NCBI GenBank assembly: GCA_043804895.1
Contig: JAZDIN010000024.1
Coordinates: 1,888-65,887 of the forward strand
DNA: 64,000 nucleotides
DNA from: Candidatus Altiarchaeota archaeon
Lineage (GTDB): Archaea; Altiarchaeota; Altiarchaeia; IMC4; SCGC-AAA252-I15
Reading direction: 5' to 3'
The first letter of the stretch is position 1. Each line of letters opens with the position of its first letter. The position numbers and the translations under genes are program-made. Of this stretch, positions 35,178-43,731 are shown piece after piece. Under the pieces are notes generated by a model that saw only the letters and a program-made list of their open reading frames with translations, searched no databases and was not told the DNA's origin.

Positions 35178-35561
35178 ATGGAGATTCAGATCGAATTCAT
35201 CGGAGGGGATGTGTTGTCTGAGATGAGCACTGACGAGAAGATGAGCTACATCCTAGAACATGTGAAAGATGATAAAATCCTGGTCATCGAGGAGGGTATG
35301 TCGCCGCTTGAGGAAAGCGCTCTCATAGAGGCTACGATGGCAAAGGTCACTAAGAAGTTCCCTGGCATTGAGGTGTCGACCCTGAGGGAGAAGACTGAGG
35401 AGGGCATCAGGGAGAAGCTCATCAGGATGCTTGGGGGCAGGACAGGCGGGCTGACTGTCATCGGGCCGTCGAAGATTATCAGACAGATTAAGAAGGACCC
35501 GAGGAGGATTACGATGCTCGCAGGCGACGAGGTTGTTGAGGAGAAGAAGAGGAAACAGTAA
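35178..35561 (+). CDS. Conserved archaeal protein (DUF2073-like)
   Basis: Sits between the GTPase and the Zn-ribbon gene, as in the conserved archaeal trio I recall. No catalytic motif. Confidence 0.45.
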   Translation: MEIQIEFIGGDVLSEMSTDEKMSYILEHVKDDKILVIEEGMSPLEESALIEATMAKVTKKFPGIEVSTLREKTEEGIREKLIRMLGGRTGGLTVIGPSKIIRQIKKDPRRITMLAGDEVVEEKKRKQ

Positions 35562-35612
35562 CCGCGGGGATACCTTCTGACTTTTTAGCCGCTGTTTTCA
35601 ATTAATGTCTGT

Positions 35613-35993
35613 ATGCCACACAAGTGCGCCCGGTGTTCTGCAATCTACGACGAGAAGGCTAAGGAGCTTATCGTCGGGTGCGGGTGCGGCAGTAAGGTGT
35701 TCCTTTACCTGAGGGCTGACTATGCTGGTTCGAAGGAGGATACTGTGAGGGTTCTGGAGGATAGGAGAGTAGATGAGAGGGACCTCAAGTGGCTTGACGA
35801 CGAGTTCAAGGACACGCTCAGGGGGGAAGGTAAGACTGTGAGCTTGGACATCGAAAACGTACTCAGGATTGACGAAGGCAAGTACGAGCTGGACTTGAAG
35901 AGGCTGATGAGCGGAGAGCCCGTAGTCATAAAGGCTTCCGAAGGCGTCTATTACATTGACATAAAGTACGGTATGAAGCCTAAGAGGAAATAG
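35613..35993 (+). CDS. Zn-ribbon-containing protein (DUF2072-like)
   Basis: MPHKCARCSAIYDEKAKELIVGCGCGSKVFLY contains four Cys ligands. Confidence 0.55.
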   Translation: MPHKCARCSAIYDEKAKELIVGCGCGSKVFLYLRADYAGSKEDTVRVLEDRRVDERDLKWLDDEFKDTLRGEGKTVSLDIENVLRIDEGKYELDLKRLMSGEPVVIKASEGVYYIDIKYGMKPKRK

Positions 35994-36109
35994 AGCGAAT
36001 GACATGGGTTGTTGAACCTTGGCTTGTTGGAAATCAGCCAAATTTCTATGTCATTCGCTATATTCGATAGCAAATGTACATTGTCAAAAGTTCAAATACA
36101 TTTGCTATC
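35994..36109. other. Two consecutive perfect long inverted repeats in the gap upstream of purB
   Basis: agcgaatgacat (35994..36005) pairs with atgtcattcgct (36048..36059). gatagcaaatgta (36066..36078) pairs with tacatttgctatc (36097..36109). Confidence 0.6.
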
Positions 36110-36151
36110 GTCTATAGGTTCTTTTAATGCGAAAAATAATAACATACTGCC

Positions 36152-37483
36152 ATGATACACCCAATCGAAGGCAGGTACGGCCGCAAGGAGGTTAAGGCCA
36201 TCTTCGAGGAGGAGAACAAGCTCCAGAGGATGCTGGATGTTGAGGCTGCCCTCGCGAGGGCTCATGCTAGGGTAGGGGACATCCCGAAGAAGGACGGTAA
36301 CGTCATAACGCTGAAGGCGAACGTCAAGCATGTGAAGTTGGAGGCTGTTAAGGAGATTGAGGCTGAGATAAATCATGACGTCATGGCTGTTGTTAAGGCG
36401 TTGAGTAAAGAGTGCGGGTATTCAGGCAAGTACGTTCATCTTGGGGCGACAAGCAACGACATCACGGACACTGCGTTGGCTTTGCAGCTTAAGGATTACA
36501 TCAAGTATCTTGGAGAGGGTTTGGCTGAGTTGAGGGATGAGCTTGCCAGGAAGGCGAGGGAGCACATCAAGACCGTCTGCATCGGCAGGACCCACGCCCA
36601 ACATGCTGTCCCGACCACGTACGGACTCAAGTTCGCGATATACGCCATGGAGGTGGACAGGCACATCCAGAGGCTGGATGAGGTGAAGGGGAGGATTCTC
36701 GTTGGGAAGATGAGCGGAGCTGTTGGGACGCAGGCTGCGCTTGGTAGGAATGCTATCGCGATACAGGAGCATGTGATGGAGCAGTTGGGTCTCGGGTGCG
36801 TTGAGGTCTCAAATCAGGTGGTGCAGCGTGACAGGCACGCTGAGTTCATGATGCTATTAGCCCTCATAGCCGAGACCTTGAACAAGTTAGCGACTGAGGT
36901 GAGGAACCTCCAGAGGACTGAGATAGACGAGGTCAGGGAGGGGTTCGGTAAGAAGCAGGTCGGCTCCTCGACGATGCCGCATAAGATGAATCCGATACAC
37001 GCTGAGAGGATTTGTGGGGTGTCTAGGGTCATCAAGGCGGATGCTATGGCGTCGCTGGAGAACATCGCACTATGGCATGAGAGGGACCTCACGAACTCAA
37101 GCTGCGAGCGCATTATAATACCCGAATCATGCATACTCACAGATTACATTCTGCGTTTGAGCATCGACCTTGTCAGGAATCTTGTCTTCAACATGGAGAA
37201 CATCAGAAGGAACCTTGACATGACCCAGGGGAGAATCATGGCAGAGTCTGTGATGATGAGGATGGTTGGGAAGGGTTACGGCAGGCAGGAGGCCCATGAG
37301 GTCGTGAGGGAGTGCGCTCTCGAAAGCTACAGAAAGGGGAGGCCGTTGAAGGACATGCTGATGGGCAACGCTACTGTGAGGAAGCATCTGAGTGAGGCTG
37401 AGATTGACGATGCACTCAACCCCGGGAAGTACATAGGTACTGCGGAGGAGCAGGTCAGAGCAGCCCTCAAAAAGTTTTCCTGA
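36152..37483 (+). CDS. purB: Adenylosuccinate lyase
   Basis: MIHPIEGRYG at the start and the fumarate-lyase signature GSSTMPHKMNP. Confidence 0.9.
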   Translation: MIHPIEGRYGRKEVKAIFEEENKLQRMLDVEAALARAHARVGDIPKKDGNVITLKANVKHVKLEAVKEIEAEINHDVMAVVKALSKECGYSGKYVHLGATSNDITDTALALQLKDYIKYLGEGLAELRDELARKAREHIKTVCIGRTHAQHAVPTTYGLKFAIYAMEVDRHIQRLDEVKGRILVGKMSGAVGTQAALGRNAIAIQEHVMEQLGLGCVEVSNQVVQRDRHAEFMMLLALIAETLNKLATEVRNLQRTEIDEVREGFGKKQVGSSTMPHKMNPIHAERICGVSRVIKADAMASLENIALWHERDLTNSSCERIIIPESCILTDYILRLSIDLVRNLVFNMENIRRNLDMTQGRIMAESVMMRMVGKGYGRQEAHEVVRECALESYRKGRPLKDMLMGNATVRKHLSEAEIDDALNPGKYIGTAEEQVRAALKKFS

Positions 37484-38384
37484 TTAGGTCGTCTATCAGG
37501 TGGTCTGCGCTGAATCCGAAGTTCTTGCTGTCCTGGTTCATCACAAGCCTGTGCCTGAGTATCGGGTGGGCTAGTTCGACAACGTCTTGTGTGGTTGCCT
37601 GCCGCCCCCCCATGAGGAATGCCCTGGTTTTCACAGCCTTTGTGTAAAGTACTGTCGCCCTCGTGCTAGCCCCTGCCACGACCTCTTTCCTAGCCCTTGA
37701 CGCTGCTGCTAATGCGATTATGGAGTCTATGACCCCGTCGGGAACGTCGATTTCGGACTTTATGCGCTCCTGTATGGCGAGCACTTCAGCTGGTGTAAAT
37801 AGTTTGCTCACCTTAACTGAGCTGACGCTCGACTTTATCGCCTCCCTCTCATCGTCAGGGGTGAGGTAGGTCATGTGCGATTTCAGTAGGAACCGGTCCT
37901 GCTGCGCTTCGGGCAGTGGGTAGGTGCCCTCACACTCTATCGGGTTCTGGGTCGCGATGACGAAGAAGGGCTCTGGGAGGATGTGAGTCTGCCCGGCAAC
38001 TGTCACGCTCCTTTCTGACATCGCCTCAAGGAACGCTGACTGCGTCTTAGGTTGGGCGCGGTTTATCTCATCGACGAGTAGCACGTTGGTGAACAGCGGA
38101 CCAGCCCCGAAGAACCTGCCTCCCAACTCCTCGTCAGAGTACATGTCGCCTATGATGTCACGGGGAGCTAGGTCTGGGGTGCATTGTATCCGCTTGAATG
38201 CCATATCCATTATCTCAGCTATCGTCCTTGCCATCAGGGTCTTCCCGAGGCCTGGGGGGCTTTCGATGAGTATGTGCCCTGATGAGAGGATGCATATGAG
38301 TATGTCTTCTATGACGTCTTTGTTTCCGATTACCCTCCTTCCTATCTCCCTGCGCATGAGGTCTATCCTCTCGTGTTCCTTCAT
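37467..38384 (-). CDS. MoxR-family AAA+ ATPase
   Basis: ATG 38384 (MKEHERIDLMRREI) shares ATGA with the upstream stop. ESPPGLGKT, LLVDEINRAQPKTQSAFLEAM. The listed start 38582 is over-extended. Confidence 0.85.
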   Translation of the reverse strand: MKEHERIDLMRREIGRRVIGNKDVIEDILICILSSGHILIESPPGLGKTLMARTIAEIMDMAFKRIQCTPDLAPRDIIGDMYSDEELGGRFFGAGPLFTNVLLVDEINRAQPKTQSAFLEAMSERSVTVAGQTHILPEPFFVIATQNPIECEGTYPLPEAQQDRFLLKSHMTYLTPDDEREAIKSSVSSVKVSKLFTPAEVLAIQERIKSEIDVPDGVIDSIIALAAASRARKEVVAGASTRATVLYTKAVKTRAFLMGGRQATTQDVVELAHPILRHRLVMNQDSKNFGFSADHLIDDLIRKTF

Positions 38385-39091
38385 AGTATCACCTTCCTTG
38401 CCGTGACCCTCCATTCTGCGGAGTTCATGCAGGGTATCCCGTATTGTTTGCACGTGCGGCGTATGTTCTCCGAGTCGGAGAGGACTACGCTTGGAGTCTC
38501 CCTTGCGATTGCCACGCTCGCGTAGGGTGTGTCGTCGTTGTTGGCTTCCGCTTTGACGAACACCTGCGTCTTTGCGCCGCACACCTCCACCTCGCCCAAT
38601 CCCTTCAAATCCAACGCTGAGCGAGCCTCAGGCCATATCTCACGAGGGACGCACACGAAACCGAACACCGTATGTAGCGCCTTAACGTCCTCGCAGGTCA
38701 CGGCCTCGATGAAGTCCATCTCAGCTACCGCACTGCACGCTCCGAGCGCGATGCTATCATACTCCACATTCTTAGGTTCGGCCTTCCATTCCACTCTACA
38801 CACTGAAGATGCACGGCTCCCAGGATTTTTTGGTGCTGTCCTCCTTTGATCGTTTCCTGTCGATTTTGATTTTTCGACCAACTGGTTTTTGATTGCCTGA
38901 GTCTCGTCGAGGTCGTTTGGTTGGTCGGCAGGCTGGCTTAGCACGAGCTGGGATATTTTAAAGCGGCAGGTTAGGTTCAGGCTGAGGGAGGCAACCGCCA
39001 ATATGGCGAAGGATAGGATGAGTGTCCTCTCATCATGTCCGAGCATTCCCAAGTATCCTGCGAACTTCCCTACTAAGTCAGTCATCCCCAA
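38381..39091 (-). CDS. Membrane-anchored protein with a possible PIN-like C-terminal domain
   Basis: TM segment LILSFAILAVASLSLNL. The C-terminal domain has VEYDSIALG near its start and VVLSDSENIRRTCKQYGIPC near its end, which is a weak PIN-like pattern. Confidence 0.35.
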   Translation of the reverse strand: MGMTDLVGKFAGYLGMLGHDERTLILSFAILAVASLSLNLTCRFKISQLVLSQPADQPNDLDETQAIKNQLVEKSKSTGNDQRRTAPKNPGSRASSVCRVEWKAEPKNVEYDSIALGACSAVAEMDFIEAVTCEDVKALHTVFGFVCVPREIWPEARSALDLKGLGEVEVCGAKTQVFVKAEANNDDTPYASVAIARETPSVVLSDSENIRRTCKQYGIPCMNSAEWRVTARKVIL

Positions 39092-42000
39092 CCCTTGCCG
39101 GAAAAAGACTCCTCAGCGCGGACTTGACTTCATAAGCCATGATGACGTTGCCGTATCCGCCTGCAACGAGAGCATCCCTTACGCCCTCAGTCAAGGCGAT
39201 GAGTATGAGCGAGGTGTTCCCAATGGCAGCTTCGATTTTCCTTTGTAGCCCGTCCAATTCCTTCATCGTCAGGACCTCCACAGCTATCATCCTCCCGTTT
39301 GGTAGCTTTGCTGTGACGTCAGGCATCACCCGCTCATGCATCCTGACTGTCATCTCATCGTCAGTTAGGCCGAGCCTGAATCTCACGCTCTCAAGGTACT
39401 TGAATATGAGGAACTTGCGCAGGAAGTGGATGGTATCCTCTGAGTCTGGCTTTTTGACGTAGTATACTTTCCTGTCATCCCGGCTTAATCCGATGTCCGC
39501 AACCTCCACGTACCCCTCACTCTTAAGCCTTTTCAGGTCCGCCTCCTTCAGGACTTCTCGCGGGAGGACCGGATCTCTGCTGGCGTCGAACATTAGGTTC
39601 GTTGTGGTCTGCGGTCGCGTCATCTCAAAAGTAATCCTCTCTTCCGGGCTGGTGGAGAGCATCCGCTTCTCGTACTCGCTTGCTAGGACGAATAGGGGAA
39701 TCTTCACTGACGGCGTGAGCATGAGGACGTCGCCTGTGCCGGCGTTCTGGAGGAACATCCTCTGGTTCTCGGTCAAGGCGAAGCTATCGGCTATCATCCT
39801 CAACCCAACAGCCTCCTGCCTGAGGAGGAATTTCGTAGATGTGTTGTTCAGTATCACATGGCCGCGCGGCATCCCTGTTGCGTCCTTTGACAGTAGGTCT
39901 TCGACGTTCTGGTCTATTATGACGACGCTCAGGTTCTCTTTCCTGCCGGTCCGGACTATGGGCCCGAGGTAGTCCTGGTTGTTCTCGAACACGCTCCATG
40001 CCTCGTCCACGAGTATCATCTTCCGCTTCTCCCTCCTGTGTTTGGCTACCCATGAGCGGATGTAGTCGAAGACGATGAAGAGGGCCATGGACCGCTCCAA
40101 TGGCTTGAAGGCTGTGGTTGAGGATATGTCGAAGCAGACTATGTTCTTGCCCTTAAGGTCCACCGTGGTCTCTTGGTTGAGGTATCTGAGGTCGCCTGAG
40201 ACGAGGGGGGTGATGTAGCTTAGGAGGGCTTCAGCTGTGACCTTCTTCCATGACTCAGCCCTGGAATTCGAATCTGAGGCGAACTGGTTGAGAGCCTCAT
40301 AAACGCTTGTGAATGTCGGTGGCGTTTTACCCCAGGTGCTATCATCGTCCGGATATATCCCCGCCTTCCTGTATGCGTTGTCTATCATCCTGTCCACTAT
40401 GCCTGATGCTGCACCTGACAGCCGCTCGTCCATGTTCCCCCTGAGTATGTTGAAGAACGCCTTAACGCTACCCTTGCGGCCATCGTAGGTGTCGTTGCCG
40501 AGGTCGAATATGTTGATTGTCGACTTTGAGTCGTGACTGAGCCGTATCACCTGTCCGCCCATCTTCTCAACCAGCTTCCCGTATTCCCCCTGGGGGTCTA
40601 TGACGAACATGTCGACGTCGTGCATGGCTTCGGAGAGGAAGAGCTTTTTCACGAGGAAGGACTTCCCGGAGCCTGAGCTTCCGAGCACCAGTATGTGGGG
40701 GTTAGGTTGCGTGAACACATCCAGTAGCACCGGTATGCCGTTGAGCTGGTTGTATCCTACGACGACTGCTCCGTCGCCTGCGTCCGCCAGGCAGCTGAGT
40801 ATGAACGGGTAGGAGTCCCTGACCGCGCTTGAGGGGAATAGCCTGTCGCGGCGCTCCCCCAGCTTGTCCTCAGCCAGCGGGTAGCAGCTTTTCAATGCGT
40901 CCTCCATCTCCCAGTTAGCGACCCTCACCTGCGCGTTCATCCCCTCCAACACGTCCTTGATTCGCATCACAGCCAAGTCGAGTTCCTTCTGCCCGTAGGC
41001 TTTGACGTTAACGTACAGCGCGACGTCGAAGCACTTCTCCTCGTCCCTTGATACACGGTTCAGAAGTTCCTTCACCTTCTGGAGGTTCACCCTGTCCTTC
41101 TCGGAGACTAGGAGGCATTCACGCTCCCTTGTCGTCACGTCAGTCTCGAGCTTCGTAATCTCATGCTGGAGGTAGTCGACGCTTGTCTTCTGGCTCAGGG
41201 GATGCATGTGGAAGACTATGTCAAAGTCTATGGGCTGCCTTATCAGCTTCGTCAGCCAACCGGGGTGGACGACAGCCGGGAACCGGACCGTGAACAGCAC
41301 CCTGTGGAGTTTCTCCACCTCAGCATGGCTCTTGTGGAAGTCGAGTGAGGGGGGCATAAGCTGCTCAACAACGAATGATTTGCGGTCTGATGTGTTGCGG
41401 ACGTAGTCAAGGCCGGCCTGCTCGAATCTCGCCTGCAGGCGCTCATCGTACATGGGGGCGAACGGATCCAATGAGTTTCCGAATCTCTTGAGCATCTCTT
41501 TCGCCTCTGACATCGCCTCCATGCCGTTGTGGAAGGTTAGTGGGCTGAACGCGCCTGAAGTGAGTTTGAACCTCGGGTTGTAGAAGTTGGCGTAGAACCT
41601 TATCAGGTCTTCTGTCTTAAGCCTCTCGCAGTCTATGCCTGAGTCCCTTAGGCTTGCCATCAGGTTTCTCGTCTTAGCATCAAGGTCCACCATCGCCTTC
41701 TTCAGCTGCCCACCCATGGGCTGGGTGATGATGATGTAGTAGTCGCGGTCAGTCACAGTCTTTGAGGTGACGACGCCGCGCAGGAAATCTGCGAAGTGTT
41801 CGAAGTAGCTCATGCGCTCGGTTTTTCCGCCAAGAAGCACCTTCTCCTTCAGCCTCTGCAGGTAGCCTTCGACGTCTATCTCCGTCGATGACATGATTAT
41901 CTGGATGTTGGTGCTGAGCTCATGGAGGAAGGTTCCGTATCCTGCAAGCACCTTCTCTATGTCAGATTCGCTGAGGCTTGCCAAGTCCTTCGGCATCACC

Positions 42001-42344
42001 TTCACAGCTGACAGGAGTCGGTGGTCGGAGGTGAACACGGTGTCGCAGTCGATGTCATCGACGCCGATGAATTCCCGCATCTTCTTCGTGTTCCACAGGA
42101 GGCGTTTCCTGCCGCTTGCGAACCGAAGCCACAGGTATGTTTTTTCGTCGATTCCGAAGAATGCTATGCCGGCGTAGGCGAATATGTACAGTAGGCCATA
42201 TGAGAGGACGATTATGGGCTGGTAGCCCCGGAATGCTAGTATGATGCCTGGCACTGCTAGTGCGAGCATTATGGCGCTTTGTGTGAACGTGAGGTTGCCT
42301 AGGAATTTCTCCTTGTATTGTGAGGTAGCAAATGTCTCGACCAT
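39078..42344 (-). CDS. VirB4/TrbE/TraC-like conjugation-type ATPase with an N-terminal double-TM (VirB3-like) prefix and an extra C-terminal nuclease-like tail
   Basis: VLGSSGSGKSFLVKKL (Walker A, about 40660..40690), KMILVDEAW (Walker B, about 39996..40020), GRKENLSVVIIDQNVEDL and NNTSTKFLLRQ. N-terminal helices AIMLALAVPGIILAF and IIVLSYGLLYIFAYAGIAFFGI. The C-terminal ~200 aa contain MPDVTAKLPNGRMIAVEV. Confidence 0.65.
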   Translation of the reverse strand: MVETFATSQYKEKFLGNLTFTQSAIMLALAVPGIILAFRGYQPIIVLSYGLLYIFAYAGIAFFGIDEKTYLWLRFASGRKRLLWNTKKMREFIGVDDIDCDTVFTSDHRLLSAVKVMPKDLASLSESDIEKVLAGYGTFLHELSTNIQIIMSSTEIDVEGYLQRLKEKVLLGGKTERMSYFEHFADFLRGVVTSKTVTDRDYYIIITQPMGGQLKKAMVDLDAKTRNLMASLRDSGIDCERLKTEDLIRFYANFYNPRFKLTSGAFSPLTFHNGMEAMSEAKEMLKRFGNSLDPFAPMYDERLQARFEQAGLDYVRNTSDRKSFVVEQLMPPSLDFHKSHAEVEKLHRVLFTVRFPAVVHPGWLTKLIRQPIDFDIVFHMHPLSQKTSVDYLQHEITKLETDVTTRERECLLVSEKDRVNLQKVKELLNRVSRDEEKCFDVALYVNVKAYGQKELDLAVMRIKDVLEGMNAQVRVANWEMEDALKSCYPLAEDKLGERRDRLFPSSAVRDSYPFILSCLADAGDGAVVVGYNQLNGIPVLLDVFTQPNPHILVLGSSGSGKSFLVKKLFLSEAMHDVDMFVIDPQGEYGKLVEKMGGQVIRLSHDSKSTINIFDLGNDTYDGRKGSVKAFFNILRGNMDERLSGAASGIVDRMIDNAYRKAGIYPDDDSTWGKTPPTFTSVYEALNQFASDSNSRAESWKKVTAEALLSYITPLVSGDLRYLNQETTVDLKGKNIVCFDISSTTAFKPLERSMALFIVFDYIRSWVAKHRREKRKMILVDEAWSVFENNQDYLGPIVRTGRKENLSVVIIDQNVEDLLSKDATGMPRGHVILNNTSTKFLLRQEAVGLRMIADSFALTENQRMFLQNAGTGDVLMLTPSVKIPLFVLASEYEKRMLSTSPEERITFEMTRPQTTTNLMFDASRDPVLPREVLKEADLKRLKSEGYVEVADIGLSRDDRKVYYVKKPDSEDTIHFLRKFLIFKYLESVRFRLGLTDDEMTVRMHERVMPDVTAKLPNGRMIAVEVLTMKELDGLQRKIEAAIGNTSLILIALTEGVRDALVAGGYGNVIMAYEVKSALRSLFPARVGDD

Positions 42345-42413
42345 CCAACCACCAGAGTATTCTGGTTGGTATCGGGTTAAAAGACAGTATATTAAAGGGT
42401 AGTAATACGGCAG

Positions 42414-42875
42414 TCACTTGGGTCTTTCGAGCTCTATCCCATGCTTCTCCTTCACGACGTTCAAAACCACCATCGTATACGTCCTCTCAACGTTCTCCAT
42501 CGCGTTGAGCTTCTTAACCAGCACGTTGAGGGCGTCACGGTCCTTGAACTTAGCGACCACAATGGCATCATACTCTCCTGTAACGTCATATACAGCAGTG
42601 ACATTCTCCTCTTTGGATATCTTCTCCTCGATGTCAGGCAGACGGCCACCGGACGCTATAACCCCTATGACTGCAGTCAGGTCGTAGCCGAGCTTGCTGT
42701 AGTCTATGTCTGTGATGAAATTCTTTATGACTCCAAGCTCCCTGAGCTTGCTCACCCTGTTGTACACGGTCCCCTCCGCGACCTTCAGCTTCTCAGCTAT
42801 CTCACGGAAGCTCCGCCTCCCATCGTACTGAAGCTCCTTCACAAGCAGCATATCCAGCTCGTCTATCTTAGCCAT
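42414..42875 (-). CDS. lrp: Lrp/AsnC-family transcriptional regulator
   Basis: DMLLVKELQYDGRRSFREIAEKLKVAEGTVYNRVSKL helix-turn-helix plus a C-terminal RAM/ASNC domain. Confidence 0.9.
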   Translation of the reverse strand: MAKIDELDMLLVKELQYDGRRSFREIAEKLKVAEGTVYNRVSKLRELGVIKNFITDIDYSKLGYDLTAVIGVIASGGRLPDIEEKISKEENVTAVYDVTGEYDAIVVAKFKDRDALNVLVKKLNAMENVERTYTMVVLNVVKEKHGIELERPK

Positions 42876-42908
42876 CCAGATAATCCATCCCCTTCCAGGT
42901 AAAAAAGC

Positions 42909-43679
42909 TCATGCAACCTGGCTGACAATCAAGAGCAAACCCACAAACCAGCAGTAGTAGGCGAAAACGTGGAACCTCCCCTCAAGTATCGTCTTCCAAA
43001 TGAGCTTCAGGGAGAAGTAGCCGACGATGGCTGAGACTGCGAAACCAACGAATGCAATCGTGGGATTCAACCCGGACGCCATAAAATCCCCAGCATCCAA
43101 AGCCACCGCCCCGAATATGACAGGTATGGACATCAGGAAGGAGAATCTCGCGGCAGCCTCCCTCTTCACCCCCAACATCAGCCCACAACTTATGGTTGAG
43201 CCGCTCCTTGAGACGCCAGGAACGATTGAAACCGCCTGCATCAGGCCTATCATGAACGCCTTAACCCCCCCTATCCTGTTTGACCCCTCACGCCCCTTGC
43301 TTACGAAAAGTAGAAGCCCAGTAAACAGCAAGCCGCCTGCAACGACATGGAGGCTGCTAAACAGCGATTCTAGGAAGTCCTTGTAGAGGAAACCGACAAG
43401 CCCTGCTGGGACGGTAGCCAAAACCACGTAAAGTGCAAGCTTGCCATCGTCTGACCTGAAGCCGCCACTCAGTATGGAGCTGGCAATCCTGGACAGGTCA
43501 GACCTGAGGAAAAACACAACGGATAGGAGAGTCCCGAAATGGAGCAATACGTCAAATGATACGGGGACTGTAACGCCCAGAACCTTCTGGAATATTACCA
43601 GATGGCCTGAGCTTGAGATTGGAAGCCACTCGGTGACACCCTGAACAAAAGCCAATATGACAGCCTGAACGTAGTCCAC
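42909..43679 (-). CDS. uppP: Undecaprenyl-diphosphatase (BacA/UppP)
   Basis: GVTEWLPISSSGHLVI and PGVSRSGSTI motifs. Confidence 0.85.
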   Translation of the reverse strand: MDYVQAVILAFVQGVTEWLPISSSGHLVIFQKVLGVTVPVSFDVLLHFGTLLSVVFFLRSDLSRIASSILSGGFRSDDGKLALYVVLATVPAGLVGFLYKDFLESLFSSLHVVAGGLLFTGLLLFVSKGREGSNRIGGVKAFMIGLMQAVSIVPGVSRSGSTISCGLMLGVKREAAARFSFLMSIPVIFGAVALDAGDFMASGLNPTIAFVGFAVSAIVGYFSLKLIWKTILEGRFHVFAYYCWFVGLLLIVSQVA

Positions 43680-43731
43680 CTTAGATAATCACTATAATTC
43701 TTTTTAAACGCCCCGACCATAACTTACTCAC

